In this document: positions 55,061 through 64,000 of the stretch, piece after piece
How the letters are laid out: each line of letters starts with the position of its first letter
How positions within the stretch are numbered: the stretch's first letter is position 1
Origin: Minisyncoccota bacterium
GTDB taxonomy: Bacteria > Patescibacteriota > Minisyncoccia > Phycocordibacterales > UBA9973
DNA: 64,000 bases
Direction of reading: 5' to 3'
Assembly: GCA_035510575.1 (NCBI GenBank)
Contig: DATKGV010000004.1
Coordinates: forward strand, 88,419 to 152,418
Program-made: the position numbers and the translations under genes
The notes under the pieces: generated by a model
Databases searched by the model: none
Told to the model about the DNA's origin: nothing
What the model saw: the letters and a program-made list of their open reading frames with translations, nothing else

Positions 55061-55930
55061 TTACGCAAGCGGTATTGAATCAGACACTTCTATTTGTCCA
55101 TCGTAATCATTACGACCATGCTCAATATCTTCATTATCCATTACTAATTCTGCTGCTTTAATATTTTCAGTAATAAAATCAAGTTTTGATCCACCAAACA
55201 ATGCAACCACATTTTTCTGTGAGATCAACCAACTTATTGCAAGCTCGGCATGGGTATATCCTACATATTTATCAGCAAAATCAAGCATCACAGAATTACC
55301 AGTATTAGCAAGTTTGCCAAGTTCAACAGCACGATATGCCACCAACATAATGTCATTATCTTGGCAATATTTTAATAAGCCGTCTCGCTCTGGACCTCTA
55401 AAAATAAGATTATAATGCACCTGATTTGCAACTATAGGATATTTACAATAACTCTGAGCTTCTCTTAATGTTTCTGTTTTAAAATTACTAACGCCAATAT
55501 TTTTTATTAATCCTTCTTCATATAATTCTTCAAGTGCTTCCATTTGTATTTTTAATGGAACTTCTTTATTACGCCAATGTAAATAATATAAATCAAAATA
55601 ATTGGTATTAACTCGCTTTAAACTTTCCCTACAAGCATTTTTTATCCCTTCCTTTGTTAACAAACTATCAAGACTTGCCTTTGAAGCAATAATCAAATTT
55701 TTTCTATCGTATCCTTCAATTGCTTTACCTAATATAATTTCGGAATAACCACGAGCATATAACTCAGCTGTGTCGATATGAGTAACACCATTATCAATAG
55801 CAAATCGTAATGCCTTTATATCTCTTTCATCATCATTATTTTTATCGTGTTTCCTATATCCGCCCATTGGCCAAGTACCTATGCCAATCACAGGCAATGA
55901 AAAGCCGTTTTTTAATGTCTTTATTTTCAT
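55061..55930 (-). CDS. Aldo/keto reductase
   Basis: GIGTW, IDTAELY, DLYYLHW, IGVSNF, NQVHYNL. Confidence 0.93.
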   Translation of the reverse strand: MKIKTLKNGFSLPVIGIGTWPMGGYRKHDKNNDDERDIKALRFAIDNGVTHIDTAELYARGYSEIILGKAIEGYDRKNLIIASKASLDSLLTKEGIKNACRESLKRVNTNYFDLYYLHWRNKEVPLKIQMEALEELYEEGLIKNIGVSNFKTETLREAQSYCKYPIVANQVHYNLIFRGPERDGLLKYCQDNDIMLVAYRAVELGKLANTGNSVMLDFADKYVGYTHAELAISWLISQKNVVALFGGSKLDFITENIKAAELVMDNEDIEHGRNDYDGQIEVSDSIPLA

Positions 55931-55970
55931 AAATTTATTATATCAAAATAATAAATGTTAAAAAACCTAT

Positions 55971-56588
55971 TTAAATCTCTTTATCGGCAAATACCACAAG
56001 GCGGTCGGAGTGGCTTTTCAGAATTTTATTCCAAAATCCTGTGCAAGTTATCAGATTAAGGTGCGCTTTGCCGTCGTTTGAACCAAACACATCGGAATCA
56101 TCTTCATTCGGACTGTATGTCTTAAAATCACGAGCTATGAAAGTTATGGTATCTCCTTTTTCATCTTCAACATATATTTTGTCTCCTTTTTGCAGCTTGT
56201 ATAAATCGTCAAATACGGCCGGTATCCCATTTTTCCAGCCGGAATGTCCGGCAATAACAGAACTGCCCGGTTCTCCAGGACGAGGGCCTAAATAAAACCA
56301 GGCCGTATCAGCAGGGCCTTTTGGCACATCCATTGCTCCATCAGGCGAAACGCCTACATATTCAATAACAGAATCAATGTTTAGTTTTGGAATTTTAAGG
56401 CGCACTGGCAATGAAATGCTTGCTTTTTCATTATTCAAAATAGGAATGATATTTGAATTAAGCAATAAAGAATCATTTTTAAAATTTTTAAAAATAGAAT
56501 GATAAATAAAAACCAAAGAAAAAACGCAACAAATCGATACAGCGATAATCGCTATTTTTCTTTTTAATAAAAATTTTGATAAATTCAT
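55971..56588 (-). CDS. Class F sortase
   Basis: N-terminal TM; PVRLKIPKLNID, VIAGH, LNLITC.G, DRLVVFA (His/Cys/Arg triad). Confidence 0.88.
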   Translation of the reverse strand: MNLSKFLLKRKIAIIAVSICCVFSLVFIYHSIFKNFKNDSLLLNSNIIPILNNEKASISLPVRLKIPKLNIDSVIEYVGVSPDGAMDVPKGPADTAWFYLGPRPGEPGSSVIAGHSGWKNGIPAVFDDLYKLQKGDKIYVEDEKGDTITFIARDFKTYSPNEDDSDVFGSNDGKAHLNLITCTGFWNKILKSHSDRLVVFADKEI

Positions 56589-56601
56589 ACTGACATTAAA
56601 T

Positions 56602-58860
56602 TCAAATCTTATATTTTCTCAAAATCAAAACAATTGAGAGCGCAACTATAGAAAGACCGGAGAGCATGATTATATTTTCAGCAGTATTTTCATCATAAGG
56701 TGGAAATCCCGTGTTCGGCAATTTCGGAGCAACATTGGCCACCACGACGGTAACAATGGCGAAGTCTTTCGCCGAGAGGCCATTAGCATCGCCTTCCGCT
56801 GTGATAGTATTTGTGGTTGTTTTGGCGAGATTCATGCTGCATGTGTACGTCCATGTTTCAGCAGGATCAAGCTTGGCGTCGCCATTCATATCGCCGGAGA
56901 TATATTTTACTGAATTACATTTATCATCAGCAAGGCGTATATTGCTTAAAGCAACAGTTCCCGGATTAGTGACTGTGTTAGTGTATGTAACCATTCCCCC
57001 AAGGGTGGCCAACAAGATCGGGCTTGGAATTTTCGTCACATGAATTAAAGGCGGTACCACTGATACCCCGACAACAACAGTGGCGCTTGCAATATCAATT
57101 GCAGAGATGCCATTGGCCCATCCGGTCGCGACAACGGTGTTTGTTTGAGTTTTTGAGAGCACCGCCGTGCAGTGATAAATCCATGTTTCATTCACATCAA
57201 GTTTGGCATTTGCATTAGCGTCTCCGGAAGATAGAATTATCGGACTGCACGCATCTCCAGTCATCGTTATGTTGGCTACTGGAACTGTTCCAATATTGCG
57301 AAGCGTGTAAGTGTATGTTACCGGGCCGGGACCGGCCGGCAAAGATAGAGGACTTGGTACTTTGACTAAATCAATAAGAGGCGGCATAGGCAAGACGATA
57401 CCTCCGCTTCCCGATATGGGTGGAGCCGATGGCGCAACATAGGTATTAGTGATAGTGCAGGTTTTTGGGGTGCCTAGAGTAAGAGTCACGATGCCATTGG
57501 GACAAAAGCCGGAGAATGTCGTCAGATAATTCGGGTTGGAGGTTTCAGTTACAGTATACGCCGCGGGCGCGTTAAAACTATTAGTGTCTCCGGAAGCAAC
57601 CGGCGAACCATTAACAAACAGCGGAAAGTCGGCAATACCTTTAGTTCCGCCGACTATCACATTGATAACAGTAATTGTCTCGGTTGTGGGAGTAATAATA
57701 TAAGTGTTAGCGATAGTGCAAGTCGCGTTGTCGCCATTGGCAAGAGCTATTGAATTGCTTATAACTGCTCCCCCGCCGTTTTTTATGCAGGAATAAGCGC
57801 TTGCAGTGTAGCCAGAAGGCCCGCCGTTCTCAGCAAGAGTGTAAGTATCGGCTTTAAATGCAGCATTGCTGTCAACAGGCGTAGTGCCTGTCAAGTTGGT
57901 TGGTGATCCTAAAATGCCAGTTGCAGTAAGAGTCCAAGCAGTGTTCGATGCCGTGCCGCCGCCAGTATTATCTACTGTCTTTCTAAGATGAAGGAACGGG
58001 GCGATATCGTTGTCAGTAATTGTGCATGTGTAAGTCGCGCCTGAAACTGCATTACCAATCGTGCAATCGGTGCTTGAACTGGCGCTATATCCGCTTGGAC
58101 CGCCGCTCTCGGCAACGCTATATGCTTTGCCGGCTTGCAATGCGTATGTAGAACCCAATTCAGTGCCTGATGCACTGCCGCCAGTCCCGCCATTCGACGA
58201 GGTAACTGCCAGCGTCCAAGCGTTCGCAACCGCCGCGCCGCCATTGTCATTAATAACATGCTTAATAACATTAAGAGTGATAGGGGCATCCGCAACAGTT
58301 ATCGTAGGCGGATTGCTAATGGGTGTAACTGCGCCGGCGCCAATATCAACAGCAGTGCCTATAGCAAGAGCTGTCGGCCCCATTGCTGCAGGAGATTGCC
58401 CTTGATATGTAAGAGTGATTGAATCGGGAGGCGTAAATCCAGTTGCGCAAGTTGTTGTGACATCGACTGTAATTACTTGGCCGGAAGCAATGGTTAAACC
58501 AGCATCGGGAGTATTAACTGTACAAGTGCCGCCGTTGCTGCTGCCAGTCGCTGTGACGGACCATTTGCCGTCAGCATCTACAAGTCCTGCGTTTGCGACA
58601 GGATTAGTGTTTGGCGCAGTAAAGCCAGCCGGAATAGTAAAGGTCGGATTTTGAGCGTTGGCAGTTATTCCAGACACGCCAATCGTTAAAACTATGGTAA
58701 ATTTATGCGAGGTTGCCGTCGTGACAGTCACATTTCCGCCAGGCGCGCTGCCATCTATCGTTGCCGTACCTTGGCCGCCTACAGCTTGCCCAATATTGGG
58801 GAAAATAAAACTAAGCGTTAGAAGAAGAATGAGTACAATTTTTGAATGATTATATTCCAT
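56602..58860 (-). CDS. Multi-Ig-domain surface protein with LPNTG sorting signal
   Basis: Signal peptide; repeated LxVxKxVxNxxGG..CTITN modules; two VTYTYT..N.G modules; LPNTG + TM + RKYK. Confidence 0.8.
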   Translation of the reverse strand: MEYNHSKIVLILLLTLSFIFPNIGQAVGGQGTATIDGSAPGGNVTVTTATSHKFTIVLTIGVSGITANAQNPTFTIPAGFTAPNTNPVANAGLVDADGKWSVTATGSSNGGTCTVNTPDAGLTIASGQVITVDVTTTCATGFTPPDSITLTYQGQSPAAMGPTALAIGTAVDIGAGAVTPISNPPTITVADAPITLNVIKHVINDNGGAAVANAWTLAVTSSNGGTGGSASGTELGSTYALQAGKAYSVAESGGPSGYSASSSTDCTIGNAVSGATYTCTITDNDIAPFLHLRKTVDNTGGGTASNTAWTLTATGILGSPTNLTGTTPVDSNAAFKADTYTLAENGGPSGYTASAYSCIKNGGGAVISNSIALANGDNATCTIANTYIITPTTETITVINVIVGGTKGIADFPLFVNGSPVASGDTNSFNAPAAYTVTETSNPNYLTTFSGFCPNGIVTLTLGTPKTCTITNTYVAPSAPPISGSGGIVLPMPPLIDLVKVPSPLSLPAGPGPVTYTYTLRNIGTVPVANITMTGDACSPIILSSGDANANAKLDVNETWIYHCTAVLSKTQTNTVVATGWANGISAIDIASATVVVGVSVVPPLIHVTKIPSPILLATLGGMVTYTNTVTNPGTVALSNIRLADDKCNSVKYISGDMNGDAKLDPAETWTYTCSMNLAKTTTNTITAEGDANGLSAKDFAIVTVVVANVAPKLPNTGFPPYDENTAENIIMLSGLSIVALSIVLILRKYKI

Positions 58861-60311
58861 ATGGTACTTTCTTCTTTAGGAGGAAAACCTGTTTTAGGCA
58901 ATTTCGGCGGAGTTACCGCGACCGTAGCAAGTGAGAAGTCGGTGGCTATCAAACCATTAGCGGTTCCATAAGCTACTCCAGTATTTGTCGTTGTCTGTGT
59001 AAGATTTGTTTGGCAGGTGAAAGACCATGATTCATTGCTTTCAAGAAGATCATTTTTATTAAGATCTCCGGGATGTCCTACGACACGGCCTGGCAATCCA
59101 GTACATTTGTCATCAGTAATAGTAACATTGCTTAATGGCGCAGTACCGGGATTTGTTACTGTATATGTGTAAGTAACTGCTCCACCGCCGGCTGGAAGAA
59201 GGAAAACGCTGGGCTTTTTTACTACATGAATCAATGGAGGTATTATCGGCACGCCGACGACAACCATTGCATTTGCAGTGTCAATCGCGGTGAATCCATT
59301 GGCTTGACCCGTTGCGGTAGCAGTATTTGCAGTTGTCTGCAAGACAGTCGCCGTACAGCGATACTTCCATGTCTCATTAACATTAAGTTTTGAATCATTA
59401 TTAATGTCGCCCGAAATAAAATTTACTGGAGCGCATTTATCATCAGTAACAGTGACATTGCTCATAGCCACTGTTCCAGTATTTGAAACTGTATAATCAT
59501 ACGCCACTACTCCGCCTCCGGCAGATAATGACAATAAAGTAGGTATTTTTACAATGTTAATAAGCGGCGGAACTTGCGCGACAAGAGGCAGACCGCCTGA
59601 AACTGCCGGCGTTACTGGCGCAGTCGTGCAAAGAGAACTAATAGTATCCGTATCAGTCGTGACTGTATGACCAAATGTTAAAGCTCGTCCAAGCCATGAT
59701 ACCAGATGTCCTACATAAATATCCTGAGCTACAGGAATATCCGTTCCTATGAATGTACTATTTGCACCGAGAGTTGTATCACCATTCGGAGTCCAAAATA
59801 CATCGCAAGATGACGCGCCATTAGCAAGCGCAATAATTGAGTTGGCTCCAGTGGTGATCGCCCCGCCTGATCTGAAAATGTAAGTTCCGGCGCCGCTTAG
59901 AGTTACTGTCGTTCCTAAAGTTATATCCATAGTTCCACTGCTTGAATAACAACCAGGGGTATATGTTCCAGCCAGAAGAACGTTAGTGCCAAGAGAGGTA
60001 CATGACTGGCCATTAAGATTAGCCAAGGCCGTGCCTTGATCTGTTCCCGCTTGTCCAGGAGGAGTAACAACGGTCAAACCAGTAACCGTATCTGTTCCTG
60101 ATCCGCTTAATGTCGTATATCCAAGATCTCCGGTAATAGCCGTTAACCCTACATTACGAGTAAAAGTACTGGAAAGAATACCATAAGGAGCAGCTGTTCC
60201 AAGCGATGGAGTTGTTGCCGCAAGCACAGAACTTGGACTAGTAAAACCAAACATAAACATGAAAGAAACAATTAATGCGATTACTATTGAATTTTTCTTA
60301 AACTTTTTCAT
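58818..60311 (-). CDS. Ice-binding (DUF3494-like) domain protein with Ig-like modules and LPKTG motif
   Basis: PSLGTAAPYGIL, TPGCYS, YIFRSGGAITT, DVFWTP, GRALT; C-terminal modules paralogous to 56602..58860. Confidence 0.78.
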   Translation of the reverse strand: MKKFKKNSIVIALIVSFMFMFGFTSPSSVLAATTPSLGTAAPYGILSSTFTRNVGLTAITGDLGYTTLSGSGTDTVTGLTVVTPPGQAGTDQGTALANLNGQSCTSLGTNVLLAGTYTPGCYSSSGTMDITLGTTVTLSGAGTYIFRSGGAITTGANSIIALANGASSCDVFWTPNGDTTLGANSTFIGTDIPVAQDIYVGHLVSWLGRALTFGHTVTTDTDTISSLCTTAPVTPAVSGGLPLVAQVPPLINIVKIPTLLSLSAGGGVVAYDYTVSNTGTVAMSNVTVTDDKCAPVNFISGDINNDSKLNVNETWKYRCTATVLQTTANTATATGQANGFTAIDTANAMVVVGVPIIPPLIHVVKKPSVFLLPAGGGAVTYTYTVTNPGTAPLSNVTITDDKCTGLPGRVVGHPGDLNKNDLLESNESWSFTCQTNLTQTTTNTGVAYGTANGLIATDFSLATVAVTPPKLPKTGFPPKEESTIWNIIIQKLYSFFF

Positions 60312-60347
60312 ATATTTTTTATTATTATTTATTAATATCGATCATGA

Positions 60348-61430
60348 CTAATTATTTTTTGCTTCAGCATTCATCTTTGCTTTTGTTTTCGCGCCGATAA
60401 GGCCATCAGCGGCTAGACCATGATCCTTTTGCCATTTCTTGATAACAGCAATTGTTTTTGGACCTAGTTTGCCATCAAGCTTTAGATTCATCTTCAAAAC
60501 TTGATTTAAGAATTTTTGAAGTTCCATAACTGCCTGACCTCTACTGCCATTCTTAAGAGTGGCAGATCCAAAGTTATACACAGTTGTAACCCCATTAGTA
60601 GTTGCAGAGACCGAAACATTGTAAACCGTTCCATTATTAGCCGGCGCTGGAGTTACCGCTTGAATGGGAACTACATAAGTTGGCATAGTAACAATGTTTG
60701 AATCCAAAGTGACTGCTGACTGCGCCAATGCCCGACCATTGAGTGTTGCGCCAGTATTCAGCACAATCGTTGTTTGATCTAATATATTCCCATTGAACAC
60801 TGATGTCGTCCCAAGAGTCGTTTGACCTCCTACAATCCAAAAAATATTATTGGCTTGAGCCCCGCCGCTAAGTACAACTTTTGTCGCGGAACTGATATCA
60901 AGATTCTGAGCTATTTGAAAAATCCAGACATCGTTTGCGCTACCAGACAAAGTGACATCTGTTGGTATTGTCACGCCAGTGCTCCATTTATAAATCCCTG
61001 GAGTAATTGTCATCCCGCCGATATTTCCAGCACCCAATTCCGTTGCAGTCGGATTTGTTCTTCCCATACCATCAATGTATGCCGTTTCCATATTACTAAC
61101 TGCAGTAGTTATATTTGCAGGTGTTGGATCGGCATATCCGGGCGCATAAATCTTCCCAGTAACTTGTGCTGAAGTAGAAAATGCGCCGTATGCAGGAAGA
61201 TTTAAACTAAATCCAGTTATATAACTAGCTTCCGCCGGACTAATTCCAACGTCTCCAGTAATTGATGTTGTTCCAGTAGTTGAGACCCCTGTTTTTGCCA
61301 GAATTGCAAAATTACCCGCTGTTCCAAGATTTACCGCTTCTGGGCCGGCCGCAAATGCAATCTTTCCAGACAAATCGAACATAAACATAATAGCCAATGC
61401 AATTATTGAAATCTTACTAAACTTTTTCAT
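60348..61430 (-). CDS. Ice-binding (DUF3494) protein with C-terminal peptidoglycan-binding domain
   Basis: VNLGTAGNFAILAKTGVS, TPGIYKW, WIFQI, NIFWIVG, GRALAQSAVTLD; LKNGSRGQAVMELQKFL..DGKLGPKT..ADGLIG. Confidence 0.88.
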   Translation of the reverse strand: MKKFSKISIIALAIMFMFDLSGKIAFAAGPEAVNLGTAGNFAILAKTGVSTTGTTSITGDVGISPAEASYITGFSLNLPAYGAFSTSAQVTGKIYAPGYADPTPANITTAVSNMETAYIDGMGRTNPTATELGAGNIGGMTITPGIYKWSTGVTIPTDVTLSGSANDVWIFQIAQNLDISSATKVVLSGGAQANNIFWIVGGQTTLGTTSVFNGNILDQTTIVLNTGATLNGRALAQSAVTLDSNIVTMPTYVVPIQAVTPAPANNGTVYNVSVSATTNGVTTVYNFGSATLKNGSRGQAVMELQKFLNQVLKMNLKLDGKLGPKTIAVIKKWQKDHGLAADGLIGAKTKAKMNAEAKNN

Positions 61431-61554
61431 ACATTTTATTTATTATTTAATTAATAATGAGCGACCAAAAAGTGAATATAGAGGGAATTCTCTTTGTCGG
61501 CTTAATTATAACATTTTCCTTTGTATAACCATGGGGATAACTTTCTTATTTTTA

Positions 61555-62241
61555 TCAGTTTTTTATGGGTCTTTGAATAACAAGCTCTTTTTCTGGATTT
61601 TCTAATTTAAGATTATTAACAACCTTTTGGGCTACATATTCTGGATCCATAAAACTATCCCAATCATCGGGCTTAGAATCGCCAAAAATGTTCGTTTTCA
61701 TTCCTCCTGGATATACGGATAAAACTGATATATTATCATTTTCTTCTCGTATTGATTTTGTAAAACCATTGACTGCCCATTTGCTTGCGCAATAAGTTGA
61801 TAATGTTGGTCTTCCTGCCAAAGCGCTAGTTGAAATTATGTTAACAATTGTACCAATTCCTTTTTCTTTCATATACCGCAAAGCAACTCGAGTGCCGTTT
61901 ATTGTTCCAATAACATTTACATCAAACATAGTTCTAACTTTATCCATATCAAAATTTTCTGCAAAATCATTTCCCATCCAAAGCCCGGCATTATTAACCC
62001 AAATATCAATTTGACCGAATTTTTTAATCGTTTCATTCGCAAGAGACGTCAAATCTTCTTCTTTTGTCACATCAGCGCAAATACCAAATGCATCTATTTC
62101 ATTTGCAGTATTTTGTATTTCTTTCTCGTTACTGGAACTTATAACAACCTTTGATCCCTCATTCAAAAAAGCTTGGGCTAGTGCTTTGCCTAATCCTCTT
62201 GATCCGCCCGTTATTATTATGATTTTATCTTTGAGATTCAT
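61555..62241 (-). CDS. Short-chain dehydrogenase/reductase
   Basis: TGGSRGLG, NNAG, YCASK. Confidence 0.93.
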   Translation of the reverse strand: MNLKDKIIIITGGSRGLGKALAQAFLNEGSKVVISSSNEKEIQNTANEIDAFGICADVTKEEDLTSLANETIKKFGQIDIWVNNAGLWMGNDFAENFDMDKVRTMFDVNVIGTINGTRVALRYMKEKGIGTIVNIISTSALAGRPTLSTYCASKWAVNGFTKSIREENDNISVLSVYPGGMKTNIFGDSKPDDWDSFMDPEYVAQKVVNNLKLENPEKELVIQRPIKN

Positions 62242-62289
62242 GACTGCATTATTCTCCCGCCAAAACTTTTAACATAAAATCTAGAATTA

Positions 62290-62694
62290 TTAAATCACTT
62301 TTTGCACTGCATCAAGAATCTTTTTTACTCGTTCAACAAATTCTTCATTAGTTACGCCTTTATGGATATAGTCCGTTACTCCAAAGTCCTTCATCCATTT
62401 GAGCATTTCAATAGGAAGATCTGCGTTTGTAAGAAATACAATTGGAATATCCGCCGCCGGAGAATTCGGCTCATTTTTGATGGAATTGGCTGTTTTGTAG
62501 CCATCCGGTCCAGATGACATGTTGATATCGAGCAAAATAAGATCGGGATGGAGTCGGCGCGCTACCTCTCGCCCTTCGTCACCATCTTTAGCATAAATAA
62601 CTTCATAGCCAGCCCTGCCTAGCAAGCTGCCAAAAAGCCTGCGGCTTACCATATCATCATCAATTATTAAAATGTGCTTAGGCAATGAATCCAT
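62290..62694 (-). CDS. Single-domain response regulator
   Basis: ILIIDDD, LILLDINM, IVFLT, YIHK. Confidence 0.9.
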   Translation of the reverse strand: MDSLPKHILIIDDDMVSRRLFGSLLGRAGYEVIYAKDGDEGREVARRLHPDLILLDINMSSGPDGYKTANSIKNEPNSPAADIPIVFLTNADLPIEMLKWMKDFGVTDYIHKGVTNEEFVERVKKILDAVQKVI

Positions 62695-62710
62695 AATTTT
62701 CTTTCGAGTT

Positions 62711-63172
62711 CTATAATTTTATCAAGGGCTTATTAATAGCTAGCCAATAGAGACCCGCCTCACTTAACGCTTTTACAAAATTTGCGGCATCAATCGGCTT
62801 TACAATATAACTATTAACCCCGAGTTTATATGCTTCTTTCAGGTCTCTATCTTCTTGAGATGAGGTTACAATTACGACAGGAATTGTCTTTGTATGTTCA
62901 TTTGCTTTGATTTTAGCTGCCACCTCAAGACCGTTCACTTTTGGCAATTTTAAATCAAGCAAAATAACTTTTAGAGGATTAATAGCGGCATTGCGAATCG
63001 AATATCTCCCAGTACAGAAAATAAACTCAAGAGCTTCTTCGCCGTCCTTTACCCAGTAAATTTTATTGGCAATATTAATTTTGGATAAAGCGCGAGAAAT
63101 AAGCTCAGCATCATTGGGACTATCTTCAACCATCAATACGTCAACTTCATTAATATTCGTTTGATTTTCCAT
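62711..63172 (-). CDS. Single-domain response regulator (Rcp1-like)
   Basis: [36 protein letters not shown]. Confidence 0.9.
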   Translation of the reverse strand: MENQTNINEVDVLMVEDSPNDAELISRALSKINIANKIYWVKDGEEALEFIFCTGRYSIRNAAINPLKVILLDLKLPKVNGLEVAAKIKANEHTKTIPVVIVTSSQEDRDLKEAYKLGVNSYIVKPIDAANFVKALSEAGLYWLAINKPLIKL

Positions 63173-63206
63173 AATGTGTATTTGATATGCGCTCTTAAAT
63201 TATAAT

Positions 63207-64000
63207 TTATATTTTTGGCAAAGTAAAATAAAAGGTTGCTCCCTCCCCAACCTTTCCTTCCGCCCAGACCTTGCCGCCGTGCCGTTCGATAACGCGCTTG
63301 ACGTTGGCAAGACCCACGCCGGTTCCTTCAAATTCATCGCTGGAATGCAAGCGCTGAAAAACACCAAAAAGTTTAGCAATATATTTCATATCAAAACCAG
63401 CGCCATTGTCTTTCACGAAATATGTAGTGGTAGTATTATCACTACTACTACCAACCTCGATTTTTGGTTTCTCATTTTTACTTGTAAATTTGATGGCATT
63501 TGAAAGGAGATTCGTCCAAACCACACGCATCATATTTATATCCGCTTTGGTATCAGGTATTTTACTTATAATAAATTCTATATCTTTCTCTGGAGTAGCT
63601 TTTTTTAATTCCTTATACACATCGTCAGCAAGAGTATACATAGCAACAGAATTCTTATTCACTTCTTGGCGTCCTAAACGCGAGAAAGATAAAAGGTCAT
63701 CAATGAGTTTTCCCATTTGCACAGTACTTGTTCTAATAACTGAAGCGACTCTTTTACCTTCGTCGTCTAATTTTTCACCGTAATCTTCAACAAGTATTTG
63801 CGTAAATCCATCAATCGCGCGAAGCGGAGCCCGAAGATCATGAGATACTGAGTAACTGAAAGCTTCCATTTCTTTATTTGCTTTCAATGCTTCATCTAAC
63901 GCCAATTTTTCTCTGGCTAGAAGCGGCTTTTCCACAAGATTTCCCATGACAAATATATTTATAAGATAATTCACTAACAGATAAAATAATAGTCCGATAA
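63207..64000 (-). CDS. Sensor histidine kinase, 5'-partial
   Basis: FSYSVSHDLRAPL, NLLSNAIKF, DNGAGF, GTGVGLA; the frame stays open with a TM stretch to the window edge. Confidence 0.92.
   Translation of the reverse strand, partial: IGLLFYLLVNYLINIFVMGNLVEKPLLAREKLALDEALKANKEMEAFSYSVSHDLRAPLRAIDGFTQILVEDYGEKLDDEGKRVASVIRTSTVQMGKLIDDLLSFSRLGRQEVNKNSVAMYTLADDVYKELKKATPEKDIEFIISKIPDTKADINMMRVVWTNLLSNAIKFTSKNEKPKIEVGSSSDNTTTTYFVKDNGAGFDMKYIAKLFGVFQRLHSSDEFEGTGVGLANVKRVIERHGGKVWAEGKVGEGATFYFTLPKI

Noticed and set aside
203-63783. Numerous short opposite-strand or nested ORFs in the ORF track
   Set aside because: They are shadows of well-supported genes and show no recognisable motifs.
1-64000. 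tRNA/rRNA genes and alternative genetic code (code 25)
   Set aside because: No cloverleaf or rRNA-like stretch was seen in the short intergenic gaps; TGA ends genes such as pheT at the expected position.

Overview
This is a gene-dense, AT-rich bacterial chromosome segment, mostly minus-strand, using genetic code 11 (TGA acts as stop). Truncated SMC/ThrS/PheRS, a NusB-Nudix fusion, cohesin/dockerin genes and a multi-copy Cys-rich family suggest a Patescibacteria/CPR (Parcubacteria-like) genome; this is an inference. It carries rpoBC, rpsP-khpA-trmD, rnr, smc-rnc-nusB-rpmF, thrS, gyrB, pheST, a UvrD-nuclease, murI, a near-complete de novo purine cluster, a class F sortase plus ice-binding-domain cluster, and a two-component system. 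The main unexplained signal is a set of palindromic elements. (i) Two RAYT-like HUH transposase genes are each bracketed by their own REP palindromes. (ii) A wHTH-Cas2/VapD-like gene without CRISPR or cas1 has the same palindrome-gene-palindrome layout, with a third copy enclosing a neighbouring gene inside the pur operon. (iii) Several families of palindromes sit in frame inside essential genes (rpoC, rpoB, trmD, gyrB, pheT, pheS, purL), including three long hairpins that share a GTCCTCGG...CCAGAC core but have unrelated arms. Also notable are a NYN RNase facing a promoter-driven UUCG-hairpin small RNA candidate, and a widespread -10 box 6-7 nt before start codons (leaderless signature). All calls are by eye; no database search was run.
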